From Armatimonadota bacterium (GTDB taxonomy: Bacteria > Armatimonadota > UBA10988): 64,000 bases of DNA. Below, in pieces: positions 36,486-46,336 of the stretch. The DNA is taken from positions 7,744-71,743 of the forward strand of contig JACRKZ010000102.1 of assembly GCA_016235455.1 (NCBI GenBank), written 5' to 3'. Every line of letters starts with the position of its first letter. The first letter of the stretch is position 1. Under the pieces are notes generated by a model. That model saw only the letters and a program-made list of their open reading frames with translations, did not search any database and had not been told where the DNA came from. The position numbers were made by a program, and so were the translations under genes.

Positions 36486-37703
36486 TCAGCCGCCGATCGG
36501 CGTGCGGCCGAGGTCGGCCAGCGCCGCCATCTCGGCAGCGGTCAGCGCGCGCCCGAACACCGCCACGCCGCCGATGTAGCCCGTGAAGCCCACCGACCGG
36601 CCCATGTGAACCACACGGCCGATGGTGAACGGCCCGCCCAGCTCCGGGCTCGACGGCGTGTGGATGTCGTAGGGGAACCACCACGGGTTCTTGCGCACCG
36701 CCACCAGCTCGCGGCCCGCCTCGGTCCAGGCGTCGCCGGCGCGGCGCAGCGTGACCTTGATCTTGGAGTACGGGTACTCGCGCAGCTCGACACGCTCGGC
36801 GTCAGTCTCGCTGACGACGTTGACGCTGACCGTCTTGGTCTCCGGCGGTCGGTAGCGCTGGTCCGGCGGGCAGGCCGGCGCGCCCGACCAGGCGCCGGTC
36901 ACGAAGCGGTCGCGGATGGGCGCTTCGTCCCAGCGCGGGCTGACCACGCCGTTGAGCCAGGCGGCGGCCTCGTCGCGCTCGTTGTCGAAGGTCAGACCGA
37001 TCGTCGACCACGAGCGGCCGAGCACTTCGGGCGGCGAGTCGCCCGGCACGGTGGCCATTAACGCACCGGTGGTCGGCTTGTGGTGGGCGTAGATGTCGCC
37101 AAACGACGCGGCGCCGTTCTCCGAAACGTGGCCGCAGGCCGCGCCGGGATACTCCAGCCCGGCGAACAACGCGTACTGCCTCATGCCGCGCTGCACCTTG
37201 GCCGCGGCGCCTTCGTGCCGGAGGTCGGTGCCCTCGTGCCAGATGCCGGCGACGGCATGGTTGCCGCTCTCGCGGATGACCCAGGCGACAAGCGTCACAC
37301 TACGGCCAGGGCCCTTGATGTCCAGGTCGCTGTCGTGAAAGCGCGCCCGCGGTAGGACGAGCATCGGCCGGAAGTCGCGGTCGGTCTCGGCGCGCAGGCG
37401 GATGGCCTGGCCGAACGGGCCACGGCCGAGCAGCGGGAAGTCGTCGTATGTGGCCTCGCGCCCGGCGTTCCAGAACTCGCGCACGTAGTTGGCCGCATCG
37501 AGCGCGAAGCTGTTGGTCTCCCCCGGCGGCCGGTGAGCGACAAACCGGCGAGAGCCATCGGGTTCACGCTGCACGAAGTCCCACAGGGCGACGAACCCGG
37601 GGATCCGAGTGACAGTGGCGACACGGTCGGCGTAGCCGTCGGCCAGGACCGCCGAACAGAGCCCGGACAGTGTCAGCAACATCGCGCCCGTGCTGGACCT
37701 CAT
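36486..37703 (-). CDS. Secreted LamG/concanavalin-like domain protein
   Basis: Trimmed to ATG 37703 (MRSSTGAMLLTLSGLCSAVLA), which overlaps the stop of the upstream gene (ATGA at 37700-37703). C-terminal GYIGGVAVFGRALTAAEM is typical of LamG. Confidence 0.7.
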   Translation of the reverse strand: MRSSTGAMLLTLSGLCSAVLADGYADRVATVTRIPGFVALWDFVQREPDGSRRFVAHRPPGETNSFALDAANYVREFWNAGREATYDDFPLLGRGPFGQAIRLRAETDRDFRPMLVLPRARFHDSDLDIKGPGRSVTLVAWVIRESGNHAVAGIWHEGTDLRHEGAAAKVQRGMRQYALFAGLEYPGAACGHVSENGAASFGDIYAHHKPTTGALMATVPGDSPPEVLGRSWSTIGLTFDNERDEAAAWLNGVVSPRWDEAPIRDRFVTGAWSGAPACPPDQRYRPPETKTVSVNVVSETDAERVELREYPYSKIKVTLRRAGDAWTEAGRELVAVRKNPWWFPYDIHTPSSPELGGPFTIGRVVHMGRSVGFTGYIGGVAVFGRALTAAEMAALADLGRTPIGG

Positions 37704-40405
37704 CGCGCCGCCCTCATCGTGACCGCCAACGGCGCTTCGCCCTCGGCGACCGCCACGCGCACCAAGCCGTTGCGGTGCGCGAGCAGGTCCGGCTCCAGCC
37801 GCCAATGCGGGCCGCTGAGCTCCACGGCCTGGCCATCGCGCTCGAGCCACAGCCGGTCGCCATCGTTGGCCACCGCCGTGTGCGTTTGGCCGTCGAACTC
37901 CAGGAAGGGCCAGCGCACGGTCCGCGCCCCGGCGCGCTGGAGCAGCAGTCCGTCGCGGCCGAGGGTGACCGTGTCGCCCCAGCCGTCGAAGGCGACCTCG
38001 AAGCGCACTTGCTCAGGGGTCTCGGCCAGGACGCGCGGTCGGCCCGCGGGGCAAGGTTCCTTGTCCAGCAACCCGTCGGACGGGCCCAGCAGCGGGTTGC
38101 CGCCGGCCAGGTGGACGCGGATCAGGCCACTGGGGTTGTACTTGCCATTGCCGTGGGTCATGTACTGCGCATACGTCCCGCCGGCGTTGGCGATGACCAT
38201 GTCGAACCGTGGCAGGACCACGGCGAACCCGCCGACATCGGCCGGCGCAGGCCCCTCGGCGATGCTGTCATCGGCCATCTGCCACGCGGCGCAGAGCTTG
38301 GTGCAGGCCAGCAGGTTGTAGTTGACGTGCTCGGAGTAGCCTTCGTAGCCGAACCGGGCCTCGATGGGGTAACGGTTCTTGACCACATAGCCCGAGCCGT
38401 CGGCGCGAATCCAGCGTGCCACAGCGCCCAACGCCAGCCGCGCGCCGCGCTTGAAGGCCGTGGCCAGGGCTGGTTGACCGGCGGCGGCGTAGTGCCGGGC
38501 GTAAGTCTCGTAGACCGTGGTCAGCTCAGCCTCGTTCCAGATATGTTGCGCGCTGCGGTAGCCTGTGGGCAGCTCGCCCGACGGCGACTGGATGAGCAGC
38601 GAGGTCCAGGCCCCGCGCTGGCAGGCGTCGCGGTAGAACTCGTCGCGCAGACCGTGGTGCAGCATGCCGGTGAGGAAGTAGCGGCTGAAGGCGTCGTAGG
38701 CGAACGGCGCGCCACCTTCCAGGTACAGTCCCTCGGCGGTGATGTGTGGCCGCTGACGGGCCAGCGCACTGGTCACGTAGGCGGGGTCCACCAGGCCCTG
38801 CCGGGCGCGCAGGAACTCGCCCGCGGCGTGAACCAACTGCCAGTTGTTGCCGGGGTTGTCGTAGGTGGCATAGGTCTTGGCCGGGTCGATGGCGGCCAGG
38901 GCCCGGCGCCATGCCGCGAGCCGCTGGGTGGGTGCCACCAGTTCAAACTGCTCCAGCGCCAACATGACCGGGTAGATGTAGAAGTCGGGATGCCGGTCGC
39001 GGAAGGCGGTGAGCCCTTTGGCCAGGGCGTTGACACTGTAGTCCATGGCCAACATGCCCGAGGCCAGCAGATCGGCGTCGGTGTCGTAGCCGCTGGCCGC
39101 CAGCGTGGCCACGCAGTGGGCGTAGCACGGCGCGGCGTAGTAGGTCTTGCCCGACACCGGGTCGGGCAACTCGCCGTTGGGCGCCTGGTAGCGGCGCAGC
39201 GCGCGTACCTGGCCGTCCACGATGCGCAGGTAGTCGTTGCGGCCCAGGCCGGTGGGAGTGAAGCCGTCGACACGGTCGCGGCCGGCGAGGTAGCGGTCGA
39301 TCTGGGCTTGCAGCGGATGAGGCGCGCTGCCGATCAGCGACTCCGGTTGCTCCAACTTCACCATCTCGCTCCCGGCCAGCAACAAGGTGCCCGTGACATA
39401 CTCGTGGCTGTCGCCGGCCTTCACCGGCGCCGGCCGGTCACCGACCAACTGGCCCCATTGCACTTTGCCGTCGTCGGCGACGGAGCGCAGGAGCCCATCC
39501 CAGGCCCGACGCGCGCTCGACAGGTAGGTGGCTCGGTTGAGCAGGCCGCGATTGAGCCCCCAGGCCAGCCCATGGCAGAAGAAGCCCGTGCCGCTGGATT
39601 CGCCCATGGTGAACTGCGCGGGATCGTCCAGGTTCGGCCGCCACAGTCCGTCATCGCCCTGGCACTTGACCAACGCCGCGGCCATGGTTCTGAACAGCGC
39701 GACATAGCGCGGTCGCTGCGGGTCGTTGGCGGGCAGGTGCTCCAGGAGCCGCGCCAGCCCAGCAAACGCCCAGCCGTTACCGCGCGACCACAGCACCCGG
39801 CGGCCCCGGGGCGTGCGCTGACCGGCGAAGCGCTCGTCGCGGTAATACAGACCGACCTCCTTGTCGAAGATCGCGTCGGTGACGTCCCAGAAGAAGGCGT
39901 GCATCCACTCGCGATAGCGCGGGTCGCCCGTCTGTTCGGCCAGCATGGCCAGGCCGGCGGCGCCGTAGAGCGAATCGGCATAGTGCCGGCCGCCTTCGAG
40001 GTACCACAGGCGCGCGCCGGACGGCGAGTTCGGCGCCACGGTGTCGAGCCACCGGATAGCCGGCGCCAGGGCGAACGGGTTGTGGGTGGCGGCGGCGAGT
40101 TCGGCCCAGGTCTGCACGCAGAACAGGCGGTTGGCACCGCCTGACTCGGTGCCCACCTGCCACTGGTGCAGTTCGGCCCAGTCGCGCGCCTGCTTGAGGT
40201 AGGCGGCCTCGCCCGTGGCGCGCCACGCCGCCAACACGCCGGTGTACCACGTGGCGCGCTCCCAGTTGCGGTTGCCCGCGGGCATGACGGGATGCGCCAG
40301 TTGCCAGGCGTTGGCCCGGCGCATGACCGCGGCGATGTCGTCGGGCCGCGCGGTCTGCGCACCGGCCGTGGCCACCAGCAGAACGAGAGCCAGTGTGGCG
40401 CGCAT
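37700..40405 (-). CDS. GH105-like unsaturated rhamnogalacturonyl/glucuronyl hydrolase fused to a second ~500-aa alpha-helical domain
   Basis: Signal MRATLALVLLVATAGAQ. GH105/YteR-type motifs: NWERATWYTG, LWSRGNGWAFAGLARLLEHLP, ESSGTGFF. Residues ~380-901 form an additional helical (toroid-like) region. Confidence 0.7.
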   Translation of the reverse strand: MRATLALVLLVATAGAQTARPDDIAAVMRRANAWQLAHPVMPAGNRNWERATWYTGVLAAWRATGEAAYLKQARDWAELHQWQVGTESGGANRLFCVQTWAELAAATHNPFALAPAIRWLDTVAPNSPSGARLWYLEGGRHYADSLYGAAGLAMLAEQTGDPRYREWMHAFFWDVTDAIFDKEVGLYYRDERFAGQRTPRGRRVLWSRGNGWAFAGLARLLEHLPANDPQRPRYVALFRTMAAALVKCQGDDGLWRPNLDDPAQFTMGESSGTGFFCHGLAWGLNRGLLNRATYLSSARRAWDGLLRSVADDGKVQWGQLVGDRPAPVKAGDSHEYVTGTLLLAGSEMVKLEQPESLIGSAPHPLQAQIDRYLAGRDRVDGFTPTGLGRNDYLRIVDGQVRALRRYQAPNGELPDPVSGKTYYAAPCYAHCVATLAASGYDTDADLLASGMLAMDYSVNALAKGLTAFRDRHPDFYIYPVMLALEQFELVAPTQRLAAWRRALAAIDPAKTYATYDNPGNNWQLVHAAGEFLRARQGLVDPAYVTSALARQRPHITAEGLYLEGGAPFAYDAFSRYFLTGMLHHGLRDEFYRDACQRGAWTSLLIQSPSGELPTGYRSAQHIWNEAELTTVYETYARHYAAAGQPALATAFKRGARLALGAVARWIRADGSGYVVKNRYPIEARFGYEGYSEHVNYNLLACTKLCAAWQMADDSIAEGPAPADVGGFAVVLPRFDMVIANAGGTYAQYMTHGNGKYNPSGLIRVHLAGGNPLLGPSDGLLDKEPCPAGRPRVLAETPEQVRFEVAFDGWGDTVTLGRDGLLLQRAGARTVRWPFLEFDGQTHTAVANDGDRLWLERDGQAVELSGPHWRLEPDLLAHRNGLVRVAVAEGEAPLAVTMRAAR

Positions 40406-40638
40406 GGGCTCAACCTCCGATGGCCGCGAATTTGCCGTTCAGCACGGCCAAGCCTGCCCGGCGCTGGCCTGCCGGGTCGACAGGCCGGGCCAGGAGGCCG
40501 GTGCGGCCGGCGTCTGACCGGTTGGTAGGGACAGCCATGGTCGCGGCTCCGAGCGTGTGGTTGGGCCGCATGGTAGCACCTGGCCACGCCGCTGGCCAGA
40601 CGTCGGCGGATGGCGCCACGGACAGGCGTGCACAGGCG

Positions 40639-40655
40639 GCCCCGAGGTGCGGGGC
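40639..40655 (-). terminator. Small GC hairpin downstream of the PPC-domain gene
   Basis: GCCCCG-aggtg-CGGGGC, 31 nt after the stop at 40686. No U-tract. Confidence 0.25.
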
Positions 40656-40685
40656 TCCTGACGGCGGTCGTCGCGGCTCACCGCA

Positions 40686-42884
40686 TCAGCGCACTATCTC
40701 CACCGCGATGGCCGGCAACGCGCCCAACGGCACGCGCAACTTGTCGTCGGGGATCGGCGGACCGCCCGCGGGCTGTCGTTGCTCGGCGGACACCAGCACG
40801 ATCAGGTTGCCGAGCCAGCCGACCGGGCAGCGGCCGGCCTCGGCGCTCAGCGTCAGCATCGACGGCGAGAGCGTGGCCACCGACACGCCGGCCGGCGGCT
40901 CAAGCAGCTCGAACGCGACGTTGCCGAGCGCCGGGGGCAGCGGCAAGACCACGCCAACGCGAGCGCTGCCGCCGGCGCGCAACAGGACCGGCTCGTCGCT
41001 GGCGAGCTGCATCCGGGCGTCGGGCCGCGACCGCCCGACCACCGCCGCCAGCAGGTCTTGGGCCGGCACCAGATGGCGGTAGGAGAAGGCCTGCGTCTGG
41101 TTGTCCGCGGGCACGGCGGCACGGCTCGTCTGGTGACCGGCGATCACGGCGCGACCGGCGATGCGCAGGCCAAACGGCTCCGGCCACACCTGCGTCGGCG
41201 CCGACACCGTGAACGTCACGCGATCCTGCCCGCTGGGGATGACCGCGCCGGTGACTGCGCAGCCACGTGGCGCGTCGACCAGGGTGAGGGCGATGTCGCC
41301 ATCGAAGCCGTCGCGCCGCTGGGCGAAAGCAGTCACCGGCACGTTGGCGCCGCCGCGCATGGTCAGGCTGGAGGGCGTCACGCGCAGCTCGAAGTCCGGC
41401 CGAGGCGCGCTGAGCCGCAGGCGATAGCGCCACGCCGGGCCGCCGGCCTGCTGCGCGTCGCCCAGTTCCAGCGTGTAGCGGCCCGTGACCGGCAAGGTCA
41501 GCATCAGGTAGGAATCCGCATGGTGCGTCTGCAGACCGGCGGCCTGGTCGTCGCGGTCGTCGTTGGCCGCGATGAGCTGGCCGGTCGGGTCGCGCAGCCG
41601 CAGAACCGAATCGATCGGCGAGTCGAGCCGGCGCCCGTAGACTTCGGCCACCAGTGCCTGGCCGGCGCGCCCCTCGACGGCGAAGCAGTCCCAGTCGCCC
41701 GGCGCATCGAGGCGGCCGTTGACCATGGCCGGCAGGCTCACCGACCGGGCCTGGTCGGGCGTGTCGTTGGGCTCGCGCTCATCGAGTTCGGGCAGGGCGT
41801 CGGCCTGCATGGGCAGCTCGTTGGCCTGCGGCCAGGCCTGCCAGGACTGGAGGCCGGGCGCCTGCGCCAGCGGCTGCCAGTCGACGGGATTGGCGGGCAG
41901 GTTCCAGCCGTCGAGTCGCACGGTGGTGGGCTGACCCAGCCGGCCACCGGCGGGGAAGGCGCCGGTGACGAACGGCAACTCGCCCAGCGTGACGCGGTAG
42001 ACGAAGTCCTCGCGCCCGCGGTACAGCGAGTCGCGCAGGTCCAGACGATAGGTGCCATCGGCGGGGATCTGGTAGCCAAGGACCGGATCGGGCCGGAACA
42101 GGTAGTTGTCGGCATGGGCCACTTCGCGGCCGGCGGGGTCGTAGAGCGTGGCCGTGGCCTGGAGCCAGCCGGGCACGGCGTCGGCGATGTAGGGGATCAG
42201 ATCACGCGCCTTGACGGCCACGGTGAGCCGCTGGCCGGCGCGCGCGGCGAAGCGGTAGTGATCGACGCAGCCGGGTGAGAGCTGGCCGTTGAGCACCAGC
42301 GGCGGCGTCACGTCGACCGGCGCGGGATCGGCGTCATTGGCGGCCGCCATGCTGTCGCGACCCATCGGCACGTCCTTCCAGTCGGGCTTGCGATATTCCG
42401 GCAGGTCGCCTACCCAGAAGGCGCGTGGGTTGGTCAGCCCGGCGCGCGTCAGCAGCCGCACCTCGTGCCGGCCCACGGTGGCATCGGCGGCGATGGTCAC
42501 ACGTAGCGTGATGAACTCGCCCAGAGACGGGTTGGACAGCCGCCGACCAAAAGCGGTCAGCGTGCTCTTGATGGCATCGACCTGCGCTCGCTCTTCGGCC
42601 GTCAGCCGCATGCCGTCGCGCAGCTTGGCCTGCAGCCGGCCCAGCCGGTCGCGCAGATCACGTTGCTCTTCGGGCGTCACCTGCCGCGCCTGCGCCAGCA
42701 CCGCTGCCTGCACGCCGCCGCCGACGAACAGGACGGCGACGGGATCGTTGAGATCGGCGCCGCCGACAACGGCCGAGAAGCTCGTGCCGCGTTGGCCGCC
42801 GGCCGGGTAGACATAGCCCAGCCGCGGCTCTCGAGCCGCAGCCACCGTCACCATCAGCAGGACCAGCCCGACACAGCTTCGCAT
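40686..42884 (-). CDS. Secreted protein with pre-peptidase C-terminal (PPC)-like beta-sandwich domains
   Basis: Trimmed to ATG 42884 (MRSCVGLVLLMVTVAAA). Repeated PPC-like segments: VLNGQLSPGCVDHYRFAARAGQRLTVAV...TLYDPAGREV and MVNGRLDAPGDWDCFAVEGRAGQALVAEV...RLRDPTGQLIA. Confidence 0.65.
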   Translation of the reverse strand: MRSCVGLVLLMVTVAAAREPRLGYVYPAGGQRGTSFSAVVGGADLNDPVAVLFVGGGVQAAVLAQARQVTPEEQRDLRDRLGRLQAKLRDGMRLTAEERAQVDAIKSTLTAFGRRLSNPSLGEFITLRVTIAADATVGRHEVRLLTRAGLTNPRAFWVGDLPEYRKPDWKDVPMGRDSMAAANDADPAPVDVTPPLVLNGQLSPGCVDHYRFAARAGQRLTVAVKARDLIPYIADAVPGWLQATATLYDPAGREVAHADNYLFRPDPVLGYQIPADGTYRLDLRDSLYRGREDFVYRVTLGELPFVTGAFPAGGRLGQPTTVRLDGWNLPANPVDWQPLAQAPGLQSWQAWPQANELPMQADALPELDEREPNDTPDQARSVSLPAMVNGRLDAPGDWDCFAVEGRAGQALVAEVYGRRLDSPIDSVLRLRDPTGQLIAANDDRDDQAAGLQTHHADSYLMLTLPVTGRYTLELGDAQQAGGPAWRYRLRLSAPRPDFELRVTPSSLTMRGGANVPVTAFAQRRDGFDGDIALTLVDAPRGCAVTGAVIPSGQDRVTFTVSAPTQVWPEPFGLRIAGRAVIAGHQTSRAAVPADNQTQAFSYRHLVPAQDLLAAVVGRSRPDARMQLASDEPVLLRAGGSARVGVVLPLPPALGNVAFELLEPPAGVSVATLSPSMLTLSAEAGRCPVGWLGNLIVLVSAEQRQPAGGPPIPDDKLRVPLGALPAIAVEIVR

Positions 42885-43194
42885 GGTGTCTCTGACCTCC
42901 AGCAGCCCCATAGACGCCGTGATGCCGAACTCGGGCTTGCGATCCTGTTAACTGCGGTCGACAGGCGCGGGCGGTCGAGCGCGCGATCGCCAACGACCAA
43001 GGTAGCGGCGGCCACAAGGCGAGGCGTGGCCAAGGGTCTGTCGATGCGATCGCGGCTGATGCTGGTCACGACCGCCCCACCCCGGGATGTTGGCCGCGCG
43101 GATTGCCACGCGGACCGGCGCGCTGCCGCGTTTGGCCTTGCGGTGCTGTTGCACTTGGCTAGGATACGATCGACACACGCCTCGGAGGATCGTC

Positions 43195-43446
43195 ATGTGC
43201 GCCTCGCGCCTATGGGCCATCGTGGCCGGCGCGGCCACGCTCGCGCTGGCCGCCTTCTTCACCGTTCTGCTGCTGGTCAAGACCCTGTGGGCTTGGACCA
43301 TCCCCGACCTCTTCCCCGGCGCTGTGCGGCAGGGCCTGGTGGCCGGCTCCATCTCCTGGCTCACGGCCATGAAGGTGGCGCTGTTCGTGGCCATCTTGTC
43401 GGGGTTCAGCCGCGGTCAGGACGGCCTCCGAACCGGGTCGGCCTAG
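43195..43446 (+). CDS. Small membrane protein (83 aa, 2 TM)
   Basis: ATG 43195 with GGAGGA 5 nt upstream. LWAIVAGAATLALAAFFTVLLLV and ISWLTAMKVALFVAILSGF are hydrophobic helices. Confidence 0.55.
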   Translation: MCASRLWAIVAGAATLALAAFFTVLLLVKTLWAWTIPDLFPGAVRQGLVAGSISWLTAMKVALFVAILSGFSRGQDGLRTGSA

Positions 43447-43483
43447 GCACGGCCGGTGCACTGTTTCTGGGTGAGATCCGGTC

Positions 43484-46225
43484 CTACTCGACGGTCAGCG
43501 CCAGATCATCCAGCTCACAGGAGCCGGCCACGTTGCCGGCGCAGATGAACATGACGCGGCTGAGCGTCTGGAAATCGTCGGCCAGCGGCACCTCGGCCCG
43601 CTGCTCGCGGCCGTCGGGCCAGGTCGCCGTGACGACGGCTCGCCGCGCGTCGGCCCGGCCCAGCGTGAACCGCACGCTCAGCCGCAGCCACTCGCCCGGC
43701 GAGAGCTGGCCGAGCGTCTGGCCGCCGGCCGTGACCCGGCCATCGCCGTTGACCTGCGCGCTAGGCCCACCGGCGAACTCGCGGCCGGTCTTGGGCTGGT
43801 AGTCGCGGAACTCGAAGGACACGCCGCACGGCGCGCCGGGCTCGGTTCGCACGCGGCCCGACAGTGTCACCGTGCCCGACGGCACCGGCCTGGCCAGCGT
43901 GTGCGACAGATACGGCAGGAATGAGCGCGTCGCCAGCACCGTGTCCGTCAGTCGCAGGCAGCGCCGGCCCTCCGCCGCCACCGCGTCGGTGACCCCGACA
44001 TCGGCCTGCCGCCCATCGGCCACCGCGACGACGAACTCGCGCGGCACCATGCCCACGGGCACATCCTCCAGGCTCAGCCGGAACCCCGGCACAGGCTCGG
44101 GAATGGCCGCCGGCTTCATCGCGTAGACCGGCGGCGGGGTCACGCGTACCGGCGCGGCCACGTCGCGGTAGTCCGCGCCGCGCCCCGCCTGGCTGGGATC
44201 GAACGGTACGAAGCCCAAGGCCAGGGCCGGCGACCCGGGCTTGAGCCGGAAGTCGCCGTGCGCCGGATCGACAAACAGCGGATCGGCTCTGACCGAGCCC
44301 TGGTCCTGCCCGAGCGCCTGCCATTCGGCCCAGGTCTTGCCCGCGAAGCCCAACGGCAGGCCGGCGGCGTTCCAGTACAGGTTCCCGCGACAGGCCATCA
44401 GCCCCAGCGGCCACACGGCATCAACCAGGTTGGGGCTGGTCGTGTAGCACAGGTTGCGCTCGAAGACGTTGGCCTTGGCGTACGGATTGGCGTAGCTGCG
44501 CACGAACGGCGCGGATTCGCCGTGCACCGGCCCGAAGATGTTGTTGCGAATGGTGTTCTGTGCGCCGCCGTTGATGTTGAACCCGTGCGTGCCCACGTTG
44601 TAGTCGAGGTTGTTCTCGACCAGCATCTCCGACGACCCTTCATCGAGATACAGGCCCAGTTGCCAGTGTTCCCGAGCGTGCGGGCCCTGCCGGTTGTCGT
44701 AGAGCACGTTGCCGGCGATGACCGTCCCCGGCTGTCGGCCGAGCGTATAGATGCTAGCGCCATCGGCCAGCAGCGACACGACGTTGTGAATGCGGTTGTA
44801 CTCGATGCGGTTGCCTCCGCAGGCGGTGGGCTGGTCGCTCCAGTTCCAGCCCACGGCAATGCCCGAATACGGGAAGTTCCAGATTTCGTTGTGCGCGATG
44901 ACCGTGTTGCGTACGATGCCGGCCCAGATCGCGTTGGCCGAGTAGTACATCAGCCCGCCGTCGGAGACCGCGCAGTTCTCGATGCGGTTGCCCGTCGGCA
45001 CTTCCGGCGCGGTGGCATCGCCCTTCATGGCAATATCGCCGATCTTGATGCCGCCGCCGCCCAGGTCATACAGCCGGCAGCCCGAGACACGATCGTCGGC
45101 GCAGCCCAGGCCCAGGCCGAGACCGTAGTTGCCGGTCTGCGCGATGGTGCAGCGCTCCCACACGCAGCCGCGCGCGCCGACCGCCTCGACCGCGGCGGGC
45201 AGGTCGGGCTGGGCCTGGGAGCCGCCGTAGCCCTCACGCGGCAACGGGGTCTCGGTGTGCGAGAACGTCAGCCGCTCGAACCGCACGTGGTCGACGAACC
45301 GGCCCTTGGCCCAGTCGCCCGCGAGCCGCAGCACACGGTCGAGCCGGGGCGCCACCAGTCGCGTGTCGGCCAGCGCCTCGCCTGGCAGGGGCAGGTAGGT
45401 CAGCGTCCCGGTCGGCCGATCCAGATACCACTCGCCCGGCTCGCGCAGCGCCTCGGCCACGTTCTCCACGTAGTAAGGGTTGTGTGGCCCGACCTGGCCG
45501 ATGGCGAAGGTCGGCAGGCCGGTGAACTCGACGATGCGGCTGGCTTCGTCGACGCGCGCGATGCGCAGGCGCGACGAACTCCACATGTGCAGCGCCACTA
45601 CCTCCACATCGTCCAGGTTGCGCCAGGGCCGAATGTCGCCGGCGAAGTAGACGAAGTCCTTCTGTGCCGCGCGGTGCGCCGCGGCTACGCGCCGGGGCGA
45701 GTAGGTCAGCTGGTCCACGGCCAACATGCCGAGATGCGGCCGGTAGCGCCGCTGATAGGGCCCGTTGCCCGTCGAGACGAACAGCTGCCGGAAGGTCCAC
45801 TGGCCCGCCGCCACCTCGGGCAGCGTGACGGTCCACTGGCGCCGGCCGCCGACCGTGCTCTCGCGCAACCCGCTCAGCGCGCGGCCGCCGCTGATCACCG
45901 GGCGCTCGTCGCGATAGGCGCGCCACACGGTCGGCGCCGCGGCCGTGCCGGAGTCCTCCGGCCCCAAGGTCCACGGCGCGTCCAGCGCGTAGGTCCCGCC
46001 GCGCAGCTCCACCGCCACCGGTCGGGCGGCGGCGCGCACTGCCTGCTGAGCGCGCCCGAGCGTGGCGAACGGACCATCGGTACCCGCGGCGTTGGCGGCC
46101 GGCAGCCGGCCCGACCAGGCGTCGCGGCCGGCGGGCGCCACGTAGAAGGTGGTCTGGCCCAGCGCGGCGACGGCACACAAGCCGGCGCACAACAGCGCTC
46201 GCGCGGGCAGTGGTATCGTGATCAT
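43484..46225 (-). CDS. Secreted right-handed parallel beta-helix repeat protein (glycan lyase/hydrolase-like)
   Basis: Trimmed to ATG 46225 (MITIPLPARALLCAGLCAVAALGQ). TFYVAPAGRD...GPFATLGRAQQAV; beta-helix repeats NRIENCAVSDGG, NTVIAHNEIWNFPYSGIAVGW, NRIEYNRIHN, NTIRNNIFG. Confidence 0.8.
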   Translation of the reverse strand: MITIPLPARALLCAGLCAVAALGQTTFYVAPAGRDAWSGRLPAANAAGTDGPFATLGRAQQAVRAAARPVAVELRGGTYALDAPWTLGPEDSGTAAAPTVWRAYRDERPVISGGRALSGLRESTVGGRRQWTVTLPEVAAGQWTFRQLFVSTGNGPYQRRYRPHLGMLAVDQLTYSPRRVAAAHRAAQKDFVYFAGDIRPWRNLDDVEVVALHMWSSSRLRIARVDEASRIVEFTGLPTFAIGQVGPHNPYYVENVAEALREPGEWYLDRPTGTLTYLPLPGEALADTRLVAPRLDRVLRLAGDWAKGRFVDHVRFERLTFSHTETPLPREGYGGSQAQPDLPAAVEAVGARGCVWERCTIAQTGNYGLGLGLGCADDRVSGCRLYDLGGGGIKIGDIAMKGDATAPEVPTGNRIENCAVSDGGLMYYSANAIWAGIVRNTVIAHNEIWNFPYSGIAVGWNWSDQPTACGGNRIEYNRIHNVVSLLADGASIYTLGRQPGTVIAGNVLYDNRQGPHAREHWQLGLYLDEGSSEMLVENNLDYNVGTHGFNINGGAQNTIRNNIFGPVHGESAPFVRSYANPYAKANVFERNLCYTTSPNLVDAVWPLGLMACRGNLYWNAAGLPLGFAGKTWAEWQALGQDQGSVRADPLFVDPAHGDFRLKPGSPALALGFVPFDPSQAGRGADYRDVAAPVRVTPPPVYAMKPAAIPEPVPGFRLSLEDVPVGMVPREFVVAVADGRQADVGVTDAVAAEGRRCLRLTDTVLATRSFLPYLSHTLARPVPSGTVTLSGRVRTEPGAPCGVSFEFRDYQPKTGREFAGGPSAQVNGDGRVTAGGQTLGQLSPGEWLRLSVRFTLGRADARRAVVTATWPDGREQRAEVPLADDFQTLSRVMFICAGNVAGSCELDDLALTVE

Positions 46226-46292
46226 CGGGGTGGCTCCGCGGGCCGCCTTCGCCGTCGGGCTCAGCACATCCTTCCGCGGCGCCGGACAGGTC

Positions 46293-46321
46293 GAACCGGA
46301 TCATGACATCCGGTGTCTTCA
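46293..46321 (+). promoter_or_regulatory. Candidate ECF-type promoter (GAAC-N19-TCTTCA) upstream of the ECF sigma gene
   Basis: GAAC at 46293-46296 and TCTTCA at 46316-46321; compare the RpoE/AlgU-type GAACTT-N16/17-TCTGA. The spacer contains the inverted repeat CCGGAT-catgac-ATCCGG. Use of this promoter implies the ATG 46337 start. Confidence 0.25.
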
Positions 46322-46336
46322 CTTCGGAAACGGTCG

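Noticed and set aside
34020-46306. Other very long plus-strand ORFs (34020-36425, 37670-40144, 40779-42278, 44258-46306). The same rejection applies to similar ORFs elsewhere in the window: 1063-2901, 2841-4580, 5346-7193, 11522-13531, 57481-59142, 59164-60681 and 17234-18523 (minus strand).
   Set aside because: Each is the mirror frame of a gene with clear family motifs and a signal peptide. They lack RBSs, have shadow-frame composition, and would overlap real genes entirely.
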